The position numbers and the translations under genes are program-made. DNA of 60,802 bases, counting the filler, from an uncultured bacterium (lineage in GTDB: Bacteria > UBP4 > UBA4092): NCBI GenBank assembly GCA_964644695.1. It is 3 parts of 2 records of this genome, joined end to end, with 100 filler letters (N's around TTAATTAATTAA, not from the genome) between each part and the next. Parts side by side here need not be neighbours in the genome. Positions count along the whole stretch, not along the records: positions 1 to 26,609 come from CAZXWN010000007.1; 2 more parts are not named here. The stretch is one strand, 5' to 3'. Under the pieces are notes generated by a model. The model saw nothing but the letters and a program-made list of their open reading frames with translations. It was not told the origin of the DNA and searched no databases. Shown here one piece after another: positions 9,096 through 19,696 of this stretch; the first letter of the stretch is position 1, and every line of letters begins with the position of its first letter.

Positions 9096-11678
9096 TCATC
9101 CTCTGTTTTTATTCAAGATAGCCTTATAATCCACCTTCTGAATAAGCCGACCCATGCTTCTGTAAAAATATCCATCAACCGGGTCTATCAGAGTTTGAGA
9201 TTCATAGAAATAATTATTCTTACGAAGAGTTATCGGACCACCTTTAACAACAGGCTTTTCTGGATTCTTTACATCAATAACCTGGACCGCATTATCCCAA
9301 CACACAACAACAGCTTTTCTTTTGGAATCATAATAAATCATTGACTGCGGGTACGAAATCCCTCGTTGATACCAGGGATAGGGAATGTTTGCAATCTTCT
9401 TAATGTTTGAAGCGTCACGGGCATCCAACACCATCAGCATAGATTTAGAGTTGACAATATAGATATAGCCTCTGGAATCACTTACCACATTATATATTTC
9501 AGGAGACAAATCATTGATATGGCGCGCAACCTTATCAGAGGAAATAGCAAAGACAGTCCAGGAAGGGCGCATTTCCAGAGATCCGATATAGTGATTATTA
9601 TCAAGCCTAATCACTTCGCAGATAGGAAAGAGTTTTTCTCGGTTTTCGCCCTTTACACTATAAACAATATTCATATCCGGAATATCCAGATAAGCACAGT
9701 CTTGTTGATATATCTTGCGGAGTTCCTTTACCAGAAAACCCTGACTATCTTTACTCCATGTAGTTTCAATAGCAGTTGTACTGAATATTTTATTCACATT
9801 CATAATAGAATCTGTTCGATAGATCTTTTCCGAAGAAATATCATTTATAGCAAAAGGTTTCATAAAATCACCCGCATTAAGATATGTCTCCATATTTGTA
9901 ATACCCTTTACAACATCAACAAAAACATCTTTTTCTTTAACAGGCTCTAAAACACGGAAAGTCGTATAAAAACAGCTCTGATTGTTATCACTTGAAGCAC
10001 ACATCATTCGCAGAGTTGTCACGGTTGAGTGACTCATATCAAACCGACTTATTCGAAGACCACCCGGTTCTGATAAAGCAACATAAGCCTTATCCTCAAT
10101 CATAAAACTGTATTGAATATCTGATAATTTATCGCCTTTTATTCCACCAAAATAATAAGGTATGCATTCTGTCTCACCCTGCGCATTTTCTTTGATTTCA
10201 TAAATACTTGTCCTAAATGACTTCGTGCCTGTGTTGTATTTCTGGTTATTCGAATAAATAACATTTTCATAGCAAAGATACATTTTTCCATGGCTGATAT
10301 GCAATGAATTACCTTGAGAATTTGTGCGCGGAATGTTTCCTGATAACAACATATGTTTTTGCGATACCGAATCAATAACAAAGCCTAAAGGTAAAGCAAT
10401 CGTAATAATACCAGCAATCAATACACCTATCATGCTCTTATTAAAAGACCATTTCATATAAACTTGTCGAATAAATGAAAAATATAGAACACTGATAGTT
10501 ACTAAAATTAAACCCACCAAAAAACCGGCACTGTATATCAAATGAATACTATTTACAAATTTGACATTATATAAATCTGCCAGACAAAACATAGGAATAA
10601 ACGATATGTTGGCGATAATCACAACAACTACAGAACAGAATGCCCATAGGATCAGACTCTTGATACGATCTCGAAATATCAAGGACGATAATGCTGAAAG
10701 AAAATAAAAAATTACCCCTAGAGTTAAAAGTTTGGCTGCATAAAGACTGCTTAGTGGTAACTCTTTGCTGGTAAGTGGATAAAGACACATACACAATGAA
10801 AACAGAACGGAAAAGAAACCTAAAAGCATTCGAATCCAGAATATTTGATGCCGCATAAAAGGACGCGTCATTAAATAAGGAAATGTCCGCGCGTTGGAGT
10901 CTGCTCCCAAAAGACGGGTACCACTTATCCCTAAATAAAACAAAAATAAGTAAGGTAATACCTCATAAAATCCGGGAAGAATAAACAGTAACATAAACCC
11001 CAGAAGTGTCCATCGTTGTTCACGCCATTCTTTCCAATATAACCATTGTACGGAAGTCGATAACATCCCTCGAATTGCCAACATTATTCCAGAAGCAATA
11101 AATAAGGCTGGAACCCAATAGGAAAAACTATACATGTATCGTTGAATTTCTGTGGCAGATATTGGATAACTCTTTCCACTCGGAATAAAGTAATATAACC
11201 GAACCCAAAGTATCCCAAAGAATATGGCCCAAAATAAAAGAGGCATTACCCATCGTTGCCAGGGCTGTTTTTTGAAAGGATACCAACGGCTTAACCCCAT
11301 CATTGCCAGACCAGACAGCCCGCTCAAAAGACAATATTCATAGTTAACAATCCCATTCCAAACAAAATATCCAGGGGACCCCATATCGTTAGCTACCACA
11401 TTTAGAGCGGATGACACCAAGTATGGCCATAAAAAGAGAAGCGGAAGCGCCAGCGATTCAATAGCCATGAGAATAAATGCGTTTCGGAATATCTTTGGAG
11501 AGACTTCCTCTCCCAAATATAAACTGGTGACAGTTCCCAGTATCAGCATCAATGCCGTGAATATCATTACCCAGTTCTCTACTGAAAACTGGGATATCCC
11601 CCCATATGAAAGAGCATATATCACAGCAATAAATAAAACATGAATACCCAATAAGCCCCAATGTTTCAAATCCGACAT
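9096..11678 (-). CDS. Multi-pass membrane protein with an ABC-2-permease-like segment and a C-terminal soluble (LVIVD/propeller-like) domain
   Basis: Many TM helices; LYWKEWREQRW and RTFPYLMTRPFMRHQIFW typical of ABC-2 permeases; VLDARDASN and VIDVKNPEKP repeats; AGGAGG RBS. Confidence 0.6.
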   Translation of the reverse strand: MSDLKHWGLLGIHVLFIAVIYALSYGGISQFSVENWVMIFTALMLILGTVTSLYLGEEVSPKIFRNAFILMAIESLALPLLFLWPYLVSSALNVVANDMGSPGYFVWNGIVNYEYCLLSGLSGLAMMGLSRWYPFKKQPWQRWVMPLLFWAIFFGILWVRLYYFIPSGKSYPISATEIQRYMYSFSYWVPALFIASGIMLAIRGMLSTSVQWLYWKEWREQRWTLLGFMLLFILPGFYEVLPYLFLFYLGISGTRLLGADSNARTFPYLMTRPFMRHQIFWIRMLLGFFSVLFSLCMCLYPLTSKELPLSSLYAAKLLTLGVIFYFLSALSSLIFRDRIKSLILWAFCSVVVVIIANISFIPMFCLADLYNVKFVNSIHLIYSAGFLVGLILVTISVLYFSFIRQVYMKWSFNKSMIGVLIAGIITIALPLGFVIDSVSQKHMLLSGNIPRTNSQGNSLHISHGKMYLCYENVIYSNNQKYNTGTKSFRTSIYEIKENAQGETECIPYYFGGIKGDKLSDIQYSFMIEDKAYVALSEPGGLRISRFDMSHSTVTTLRMMCASSDNNQSCFYTTFRVLEPVKEKDVFVDVVKGITNMETYLNAGDFMKPFAINDISSEKIYRTDSIMNVNKIFSTTAIETTWSKDSQGFLVKELRKIYQQDCAYLDIPDMNIVYSVKGENREKLFPICEVIRLDNNHYIGSLEMRPSWTVFAISSDKVARHINDLSPEIYNVVSDSRGYIYIVNSKSMLMVLDARDASNIKKIANIPYPWYQRGISYPQSMIYYDSKRKAVVVCWDNAVQVIDVKNPEKPVVKGGPITLRKNNYFYESQTLIDPVDGYFYRSMGRLIQKVDYKAILNKNRG

Positions 11679-11885
11679 TTTATTCCTCCTGCAAATAAAT
11701 ACGTTTCATAGAAAGGTTTGCTTCCTCGCTCAAACACCCATCCCTTCCGGACATCATCTTACAAACCCATCATCCACCTGTCAACTATAAACCGGGTGGA
11801 TAACATATTATCCCCATCCAAACAATAATTTCATCCCCGAACCATATTATGACTATTCTCATTACGCTGTTCTGACGAGGAAGGT

Positions 11886-11920
11886 ACGGAGAGGGTCGGA
11901 GCAAGTCCGTGACTGATTCG
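11886..11920. repeat. Intergenic palindromic repeat, copy 2 (degenerate, reverse orientation)
   Basis: ACGGAGAGGGTCGGAGCAAGTCCGTGACTGATTCG; reverse complement CGAATCAGTCACGGACTTGCTCCGA matches the consensus. Confidence 0.7.
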
Positions 11921-12136
11921 AAAACGCAACAAACCATCCTCATATCTCCGAACCAAAATGGTAATCCCCTGTTTCCATCATTTGTGGTTTATTGTCTGTC
12001 GATTTCCAGTTATATTATTAATAGTGGTTTGTTACAAAACCGAAACAATACGGGATTGGCAGGAAAGTACCTGACCTGTCGGTCTTTTTATTTTCACCTA
12101 AATCTAATAATCAACTAGAAGTAAGGAGTACTACGG

Positions 12137-13153
12137 ATGAAAGGGTTCTTGCTAATGACAGGTCTATTATCACTCTCCCTGGTGGTATCAGGGATAACCC
12201 AAACGGCTGATAAAATGACGGAACGGCCATTAAAATCACCGCTGAAATTCAAGGAAGATGGTACTTTCAAAATTCTGACGTTTGGGGATGTTCATTGGGA
12301 TAAGTTTAATGATAAAGACAAAAAAACACTGGCGGCAATGGATGCCGTGTTGGAAGCCGAACAGCCGGATTTGGTCATCTACACCGGAGATAATTGCCTC
12401 AGTGATAAGGTGGCTGATGTCAAAAAAGGCTACATCCAACTCACTGAACCTGTCGTCCGTCGTGGGATTCCCTGGGCAACCACCCTCGGTAATCATGATG
12501 CGGAATATGGCGGAATCGCCCGCAAGGATGTCTATTGTTCCATGTTGGGGCTGCCGGGAAATTTATCTCGACTGGGGCCTAAACAAATCCATGGGTATGG
12601 CAATTATATTCTTCCTGTCATGAGTCATTCTGGACGGAAACCTGCCGCCCTGTTTTATATTCTGGATTCCAATGCTTACAATTCAAACACGACGATTAAG
12701 GGATACGACTGGATCCGTCACAATCAAATCCAGTGGTATCAAGATGCGTCCAACTATTATAAAAAATACAACAAAGGCGTTTCCCTGCCATCCTATGCCT
12801 TCTTCCATATTCCGCCTCAGGAATTCAACCTGTTCTACAGTAAAGGAACTGTCGTCGGTGTTAAACAGGAAGATGTCTGTGCATCACTCATCAATAGTGG
12901 AATCATGGCGGCCTTCATGGAACAGGGTGATGTGAAAGCTGTGTTCTGTGGCCATGACCATATCAATGATTACATCGCTGGATTGGGTGGTATGTGGGTG
13001 GGATATACCCGGGGAATCAGTTACAACACCTACGGAAAAGAAGGATACCTGAAAGGTTCCAGAGTGATTGTCCTCAAAGAAGGGACACCTTCATTTGATA
13101 CCTGGCTCCGGCTGGAAGATAAATCCACCACCAATAAACTCCACTGCAAATAA
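12137..13153 (+). CDS. Secreted metallophosphoesterase (Dcr2/PAP29-like)
   Basis: Signal peptide; GTFKILTFGDVH, TGDN, GNHDAE, FFHIP and FCGHDHINDY motifs. Confidence 0.9.
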   Translation: MKGFLLMTGLLSLSLVVSGITQTADKMTERPLKSPLKFKEDGTFKILTFGDVHWDKFNDKDKKTLAAMDAVLEAEQPDLVIYTGDNCLSDKVADVKKGYIQLTEPVVRRGIPWATTLGNHDAEYGGIARKDVYCSMLGLPGNLSRLGPKQIHGYGNYILPVMSHSGRKPAALFYILDSNAYNSNTTIKGYDWIRHNQIQWYQDASNYYKKYNKGVSLPSYAFFHIPPQEFNLFYSKGTVVGVKQEDVCASLINSGIMAAFMEQGDVKAVFCGHDHINDYIAGLGGMWVGYTRGISYNTYGKEGYLKGSRVIVLKEGTPSFDTWLRLEDKSTTNKLHCK

Positions 13154-13174
13154 TTCAATAAATCTCCGAAAAAC

Positions 13175-13210
13175 AACCCGGGGTCTTTCTTCAGACTCCG
13201 GGTTTTATTT
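13175..13210 (+). terminator. Intrinsic terminator
   Basis: AACCCGGGGTCT-loop-AGACTCCGGGTT followed by a T-rich tract. Confidence 0.7.
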
Positions 13211-13277
13211 ATCCTGATGTCTGAATCCATTTTCCATCTATCGACTCATTTTCAAATATCGTAGGATAATGTTAATT

Positions 13278-13829
13278 ATGCTTTTTTCAAATCGGCTCAA
13301 AATAAGAAGATTCAACTCTGTTGATTGGAAACGCCTCCACGAAATCATCCTTGATAAAGAAGCCTCTCCTTATGCTATTTATGACCATGAGTTTCCAACC
13401 GATGAAAAGGCCGCAAAAGAATTAACCATATACTTTATGAACAGTAAAGATTTCTATGCCATCTGCATAAAGGACACCGGAGAATTAATAGGGTATATTG
13501 CACTGAATTATTGTAATGAGCACCAAAGAAATCTTGGGTATTGCTTACATTCTGCCCATCAGGGGAAAGGTTATGCCTCTGAGGCTTGCCGTACCCTTCT
13601 GGAACATGCGTTTAACCATTTAAACATTGAGGAAGTCATTGCCGGTACCGCAAACGAAAACCATCCCTCATGTAAACTTTTATTATCATTAAACTTCAAG
13701 AAAATCTCTGAGAGTACACACTCCTTCCGCAAATCATCTGACGGCACCCCTATTGAATTTACAGGCGGTGAATATCTTCTCAAAAAACAGGACTTCATCA
13801 AAACATCCCAGGTAAACAAGAATCTATAA
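13278..13829 (+). CDS. GNAT N-acetyltransferase (RimJ/RimL family)
   Basis: RLKIRRF, LGYCLHSAHQGKGYASEA and NHPSCKLL motifs; start could instead be 13269. Confidence 0.88.
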   Translation: MLFSNRLKIRRFNSVDWKRLHEIILDKEASPYAIYDHEFPTDEKAAKELTIYFMNSKDFYAICIKDTGELIGYIALNYCNEHQRNLGYCLHSAHQGKGYASEACRTLLEHAFNHLNIEEVIAGTANENHPSCKLLLSLNFKKISESTHSFRKSSDGTPIEFTGGEYLLKKQDFIKTSQVNKNL

Positions 13830-14007
13830 GAAATCCGGAACCATCCAACAAACATTGAGCTTTTGATTTTGCTACAGAGAAAAAGTATCCAATATACCCA
13901 CTACAATATATTCTCGATAGCAGCCATGGGGTTTGTTGAATAACAATCAATGTAAATTCTCCCCAAAAACTCTCCTTTACCAAAGTTGAAACAATTGTAA
14001 ATTGTGA

Positions 14008-14036
14008 TTGACAAAGCCCCCCTTGAACCCTATAGT
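14008..14036 (+). promoter_or_regulatory. Sigma70 promoter
   Basis: TTGACA-17 nt-TATAGT. Confidence 0.65.
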
Positions 14037-14290
14037 CAAAAGTAGAGCGAAACATCAATAAATGGGATTGAGTTTCAAGTATCGAACTGATTTACACAAC
14101 GGACATCCTCACCAAACAAACAACCTTGCCCGCTGCATAGACCAGCGACTGATTATCGTCAGAGGTAAAGTTATTAACCCTTCAGGATTAGATTATGGTG
14201 TCGTTAATTGAGCAGGTTGATCCTTCCCCGTTAATCCTTCTGTAGTCTTTTCTCGGAATCACTACTCTATTTAGAGAGGAGGTGTATTCA

Positions 14291-15127
14291 ATGAGAAAGA
14301 TAAGAATCAAATTCGTGATTATCCTGTGCTTAGGTCTGGGATTATTAGCAACATTGCTAGTTCCGGTCAAAGCCCTGGATATATCAATTCAATTCGGAAC
14401 TCCCCCACCCCGGATGCCCCGTACAAGGTTCCATGCTGCACCAGAACCCGTATATGTGGACTATTATCGTGATGCGGTCTTGAATTTGGGAAGTGGTTAT
14501 TTCAGCCTCGATTATCCTGTTGTTTATGGATATTCCCGAGATTACGATTTAACCCCGGAAGAGGTTCTCTATATCCTCTACTTATCCCACTATTCACATC
14601 ATTCACCAACCTATGTAATTCGAATTTACAGAGAGTATCATAGGCGTGGTTGGACTGTTATGTCGCGGCATTTGACATTAGACAGAAACTATCCCCGATG
14701 GATGCGTAACCAGGATGCTCCGTCCATCTCTGTACTCTATGCAACATCCTCCTATTACGATGTGCCTTATACACAGGTCCAACGTATCTATACCAGAGGA
14801 TATCGGCCAGCAGAGATAGTGGTTGCAATCAATGTTGCCAACCGTTCCGGCAAACCTGTTAGTGGAATATTGTCTGAACGGAATAGAGGTCGGAAATGGG
14901 AAGATATTACCAAAGAACATAAAATGTCCTTGGGTGATATTAAAGCACCTGCACGAAAAGGAAGATCGGTTAAATTCGGTGCTCCTTTAGTGGAAAAAGA
15001 ATCACCACCACCAGTTATTAAGGGGAAAAAGATTCAAACAGGACATGAAAATATGCCTAACATGCCCAACAAATCAAACCTTAGAGACAACCGACAAAAG
15101 AACGAAAAAGATAGAGGTTGGAAATAA
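14291..15127 (+). CDS. Secreted hypothetical protein (Tyr-rich helical repeats, basic tail)
   Basis: GAGGAGG RBS; signal peptide; two similar repeats ending in RRGW/GRKW. Confidence 0.65.
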   Translation: MRKIRIKFVIILCLGLGLLATLLVPVKALDISIQFGTPPPRMPRTRFHAAPEPVYVDYYRDAVLNLGSGYFSLDYPVVYGYSRDYDLTPEEVLYILYLSHYSHHSPTYVIRIYREYHRRGWTVMSRHLTLDRNYPRWMRNQDAPSISVLYATSSYYDVPYTQVQRIYTRGYRPAEIVVAINVANRSGKPVSGILSERNRGRKWEDITKEHKMSLGDIKAPARKGRSVKFGAPLVEKESPPPVIKGKKIQTGHENMPNMPNKSNLRDNRQKNEKDRGWK

Positions 15128-15192
15128 AAGGTTCGTTATATACTCAGTCCAACTTCTGGTTGGACTGAGTATATCCCCATGGAGGGGATTTT

Positions 15193-15408
15193 ATGAAAGC
15201 AACAGCGATTATTGGGATTCTGCTCATTGTCATAGGAGTTATTGCACTTGGATATGGTGGAATATCTTATGTCAGCCGGGACAAAGTCATTGATATGGGC
15301 CCCATTCAAGTCACAAAAGAACAAACACATTCTATTCCAATTGCTCCAATTGCTGGAGTGATTGTCTTGTTTGCAGGAGTTGTTTTCTTAGTGACAAGTA
15401 AAGACTAA
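15193..15408 (+). CDS. Small two-TM protein (DUF3185-like)
   Basis: IGILLIVIGVIALGYGGISY...DMGPIQVTKE...IPIAPIAG; GGAGG RBS. Confidence 0.75.
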   Translation: MKATAIIGILLIVIGVIALGYGGISYVSRDKVIDMGPIQVTKEQTHSIPIAPIAGVIVLFAGVVFLVTSKD

Positions 15409-15507
15409 TATCTATATTTTGAAGAAAAGTACTCGCCACTAAAGGTTCACAGTGAGTATTGGTGGATACAAAATCATTTTGTGAGTAAAGAAAGGTAAGC
15501 AACCATT

Positions 15508-15645
15508 ATGTTCTGGATGATTATTATTATTCTTTTTATTCTCTGGCTTTTGGGATGGAGATTTAAAACCGGAGGAAACTTAATACACACACTATTGGCT
15601 ATAATACTCATTATTATCATTCTTCGATTGATTGGATTTATGTAA
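15508..15645 (+). CDS. lmo0937-family small membrane protein (45 aa; absent from the ORF track)
   Basis: MFWMIIIILFILWLLGWRFKTGGNLIHTLLAIILIIIILRLIGFM; LWLLG...GGNLIH signature; AAGG RBS. Confidence 0.8.
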   Translation: MFWMIIIILFILWLLGWRFKTGGNLIHTLLAIILIIIILRLIGFM

Positions 15646-15882
15646 TGAGCTGGAGGTTCCCGTTTTCCAGATTATTCTTTATTTGATCTGGGTTGATTAA
15701 AGGTAATTATCTTTCGGGTAAAACCTGCAATTTTGACAGCGCGTTCAATATCCTGCCCCTTACAAACATCCATTATTTTTCCCATCGAATGAATGTAACA
15801 TTATCTCTGTCCACCTGTCAGGCAAAAGAGTGGACACTCCCCTCTCCCCTTTTCTGGGATGATAAATTTCAGAAAGGAGAAC

Positions 15883-16146
15883 ATGATGTCTAAGAGAAAA
15901 TGGCAAAATTATAGTATCAATGGATTATTACCCTCGGCAGAAAACATCGCACAGATGAACCGGTGGCACAAGTCGTCTCCAGGATATTTACGATTATTGA
16001 TGACCAGTTCCGGAGTCAACCGTGATTGGGAACAGGTAAAAGATGAATCACCGGCCCATCTTGATCCAGAACTAATGAGTCGTTTGTCGGAAGAGTTATT
16101 CATCTTACAGCAGCATCTGAACGATTATTTCAAGCAGACAACTTAA
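15883..16146 (+). CDS. Small hypothetical protein
   Basis: AAGGAG RBS before ATGATG; 87-aa ORF. Confidence 0.5.
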   Translation: MMSKRKWQNYSINGLLPSAENIAQMNRWHKSSPGYLRLLMTSSGVNRDWEQVKDESPAHLDPELMSRLSEELFILQQHLNDYFKQTT

Positions 16147-16177
16147 GCGGATTGATTCCTAACGGATGCCGCATAAA

Positions 16178-16209
16178 TAAAAACGGGTGGGAGTGTATCC
16201 TCCCACCCG
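16178..16209 (-). terminator. Intrinsic terminator
   Basis: CGGGTGGGAG/CTCCCACCCG stem with a minus-strand U tract. Confidence 0.75.
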
Positions 16210-16229
16210 GCAATGGATATCAAATTAAA

Positions 16230-19200
16230 TCAGGGAAACAGGAGATAATCCCCAAAGTTCGGATTATCCGTGTCCCGATAAAAATCAAAGTTATCTATTT
16301 CCAGAACACCGGTCTTATCATTTTGTACCATGAACTGGAATTGATGATACGGGTTCCGAACAGGCAATGCCAGGTAATGAGTCCCATTGGTAAGGTAGCC
16401 AAATTGGGCTGCCGCTCCAATCTGTCCGTGGGTGGGATTGAATATTTCATACTGGCCTGGCGACTGAACGCCCATCAGGTTCATTTGGTAGAGTCCAGTG
16501 TAACTGTTGAACTGGCCTCCAGTCTGTACAATGTCCGACTTCAATCCTACTTCATATCCGGGATTTCCCTGCGGCGTATTGAGTTGACCGGGGGACTTGA
16601 TTGCTGTCACCTTGACACCCTGATACTGATTAGACAACGAGACGGCTAATCGTCCGCTGGATGTCACTGATAATTCCGGCATACTGGAGGGATCTACACC
16701 CAGGCGTTCTGCCCCCCAGCCTTGAGTGAACTGGCTGTAAGAATCAAACTGACCCGACTCAAGATTCATGGATTTCAGAGCACGGGTCCCCTGGAAGAGC
16801 TCCGGTGTTGCTTGAATGACCTGCAGGTCTGCCAGGTACAAAGTCGCCAGTGGGTCGTTCCCCTTGATGACGAATTGAGGATAACCATAAGAAGTCGTAT
16901 ATGTATATAGGGGAGCTTCTATCCATGTCCATTGATTGGGAACCCCCAGGTAAATATTCCCGACCAGGCTAACCCTCGATGCAGCGGGAATATAGCCCTG
17001 ATAATAGAACAATCCACATTCAAAAGTATTGGAGGTCTGTGGCGAATAGACCTTCATTCGGGCAATATACCATTCCCCGGGAGTATTGAAAAGCCATTTG
17101 TTGAGCTCGCCTGTTGCTTTGATGGCTTGAGTCATCCCACTGAAAGTAAAGCGTAATACATTATTTACAGTTTCGCCGGCACTGTCAGTGGCGGAAGTGA
17201 CCCATGAAATTACAGGTAGTTCCGGGCGCTCAGCCAGTTTTTGGACTCCAAACTGAGTGAACAAATTAGATACAGAGGAGAAAGTTCCTCCATCGAACAC
17301 ATTAGGGTAAACAGAGATTCGTTCTCTATCCACGTCCACAGCATTAGCAGGATTATCGTTGGGTGAAGCCAGAACATCAACATAACCTGGGGCACTGAAA
17401 GTGGAATCTGCCGTCAATTTGACCCAACTGTTCCCTGTTTGGAACGCGGCAGAAAGACCCGGGCCCGAAGCTTGGACAGCACTGCTGTTTCCATAACTAT
17501 TCGGAAGCGCTATACCGGTTGAGTCATAAGTATATTTAGATACCTCGATAGATTCGCTTTGTCCAGGCCTTAGCCCCACATGTGGAAGTTTTCGAATCTT
17601 ATATGTCGAGTATTTGATTTTCTGTTTCCCAAAACAACCGTCACTGGAATTTTGAGCGAAATACCAGATTTGTCCCGTAGTCGCGAAAGCCAATGAACCG
17701 TAACTGGCTGAATCACCGGACAAATTAGCTAAAGTAAAAAAGTTTTGATATACCATGAAGGGATAGGCAGAATCCAACTTCCATTGCTGGCGCAAATCCA
17801 TCAGGTTGGAGAATGATTGACCGGTGAACGCTTTCACTGCCAACAGGTCTGTCATTGAGCTAACAGCCTGATTTATTCGAACAGTGGTAGAGTTGCCCTG
17901 AGCATTTGATACAGTGAGTGATATCCAGTAATGTTGTGTCGTGTATGTACTATTCATCGGTGCAACCCATTGGGTTGTGGATCGAGTTGCATTGATAAAT
18001 CTTCCTGTTAATGAAGACCACTGGTAGAATAGCGGATCAGCACCAGAAACCACAGCATAGACCATTGTGGTTTCCTGGGACATCATAGGATTGGATAAAG
18101 AACTCAACTCATCGAAAGTGGTGATTTGATATTGTTTAGCCCTTGCAGCATAAACCTCCCAGTTCCCGGAATCCGTTCGGTCAGTCCAGGCAAGGATTCC
18201 ACCCTTTTCTGCATCTCGCGTAACAACAATATTGGTTTGAACATTGCTGGAATTGGAAAAGACAGGGAATCCATTTTCAATCCACTGGAGAGCACCTGTG
18301 GAGCTGATTTTTTGGATATAGGCTTTTGCCTGCGGCTCTCGGTAATCTGACCAGGAAATTAAAAGACCGCCATCTGTAAGTGGATATGCAGATGGCATCA
18401 TATCGAAAGAAGTCGTCGTCACAGTGATACCGTTCCAAAGATATTCCCCCCAAAGATATCTCCCTGATGAGTTGAACCGTTGAGATTTCAGGATATTTTG
18501 GTATGGGAATCCTTGGGTCCAAGTAACCGTCAGTCCCTGGTTCTCATCGGATAGGAGAAGGAACGAACCCGAATAGACGAAGTCATGGCTTACCCAAACA
18601 CCCCCAGGGTTCCAGAGTGTAGATCCTGCGGAATTAACTCGTTGCAAAAGCAGTCCAGGAGTGTTAGAAACAAGTCCGGGTTCCAACCATGCGGCATAAA
18701 AACCACCTGTTCCATCCGGAACTATTTCAACTTGGGTTTGGCTCTTCGGCGAGGTAGAAATAGATATCCCATTCGCCCCCCATTGATTTACACCATTGGA
18801 ATCCAGTCGTTGCGCATAAACATGATTAGTCCCACTGCGAGAATCTACCCAGGATATATAGGTCCCGTTTGCACTGTCATACACCGGTGTTGCAATAGAT
18901 TGAGGATTACCCACCATACCCACAGCAACTCCGGAAAGAGTCCATTGCGAAACAGCATCGCCATTGATTCGTTGCGCCATAACACTTTTCTGGTTCGTGG
19001 AATCATGCGATATCCATGCAATAACGGCTCCGCCGTTACCATCTCCGGCTAATCGAGGCATTTCCTGATAATCACTTTCCGTGACAATTTCTGTTCCCTG
19101 GGGACCCCAAAGGGTAGTGCCGTCTGAAGTAATGCGCTGTGCCATGATATCAGTGTAAGATGAAGACCCTCGGTCTTCCTGCCATACGACTATCATGCCG

Positions 19201-19538
19201 CCATTACCATCGGATACGCCCCGTTTGTGAGCTTTTGGATTTGTATCATTCCCCAGAGGAACTCCATTCACAGCCCATTGCGGAGACCCTTCTGAATTGA
19301 CTCGCTGAGCATACAGGTTAAAACAATCTGCAACATGTGCCCGGTTATCTTCCCATACGAACATGGCCCCACCAGAACCAGAAGGCATAATAAAAGGGTT
19401 TGCCTGATAATCTGTTTCCGCTGCAATGGGAACGGGGTGGGTTGTCCAATCCTGACTAAAACTGAGGGCAATAAAGAAAGTAAAGAACAGAAAACAGTTC
19501 GTGAACCGATACAGGTTTTTCATATTATTTAACCTCAA
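16230..19538 (-). CDS. Large secreted protein with an ~8-bladed beta-propeller, an Ig/PKD-like linker and C-terminal beta-rich domains
   Basis: Signal peptide; eight ~58-aa repeats of the form DGxGGxxxxWxDxR...YAQRxxxxGxxxW. Confidence 0.75.
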   Translation of the reverse strand: MRLNNMKNLYRFTNCFLFFTFFIALSFSQDWTTHPVPIAAETDYQANPFIMPSGSGGAMFVWEDNRAHVADCFNLYAQRVNSEGSPQWAVNGVPLGNDTNPKAHKRGVSDGNGGMIVVWQEDRGSSSYTDIMAQRITSDGTTLWGPQGTEIVTESDYQEMPRLAGDGNGGAVIAWISHDSTNQKSVMAQRINGDAVSQWTLSGVAVGMVGNPQSIATPVYDSANGTYISWVDSRSGTNHVYAQRLDSNGVNQWGANGISISTSPKSQTQVEIVPDGTGGFYAAWLEPGLVSNTPGLLLQRVNSAGSTLWNPGGVWVSHDFVYSGSFLLLSDENQGLTVTWTQGFPYQNILKSQRFNSSGRYLWGEYLWNGITVTTTSFDMMPSAYPLTDGGLLISWSDYREPQAKAYIQKISSTGALQWIENGFPVFSNSSNVQTNIVVTRDAEKGGILAWTDRTDSGNWEVYAARAKQYQITTFDELSSLSNPMMSQETTMVYAVVSGADPLFYQWSSLTGRFINATRSTTQWVAPMNSTYTTQHYWISLTVSNAQGNSTTVRINQAVSSMTDLLAVKAFTGQSFSNLMDLRQQWKLDSAYPFMVYQNFFTLANLSGDSASYGSLAFATTGQIWYFAQNSSDGCFGKQKIKYSTYKIRKLPHVGLRPGQSESIEVSKYTYDSTGIALPNSYGNSSAVQASGPGLSAAFQTGNSWVKLTADSTFSAPGYVDVLASPNDNPANAVDVDRERISVYPNVFDGGTFSSVSNLFTQFGVQKLAERPELPVISWVTSATDSAGETVNNVLRFTFSGMTQAIKATGELNKWLFNTPGEWYIARMKVYSPQTSNTFECGLFYYQGYIPAASRVSLVGNIYLGVPNQWTWIEAPLYTYTTSYGYPQFVIKGNDPLATLYLADLQVIQATPELFQGTRALKSMNLESGQFDSYSQFTQGWGAERLGVDPSSMPELSVTSSGRLAVSLSNQYQGVKVTAIKSPGQLNTPQGNPGYEVGLKSDIVQTGGQFNSYTGLYQMNLMGVQSPGQYEIFNPTHGQIGAAAQFGYLTNGTHYLALPVRNPYHQFQFMVQNDKTGVLEIDNFDFYRDTDNPNFGDYLLFP

Positions 19539-19696
19539 TCAAAAGAGTAACTACCCCCATCATAAAGAAAACATAGGTGAATTGTATAGTCTCCCATCAA
19601 AAAAAATAATTCAAGGTTAAAAAGATAGAACCCAAAAGGCAGTTAGGATTATAATCAACCTGTGTAAACACACTGATAACTTTGGGGTTAACCAGT

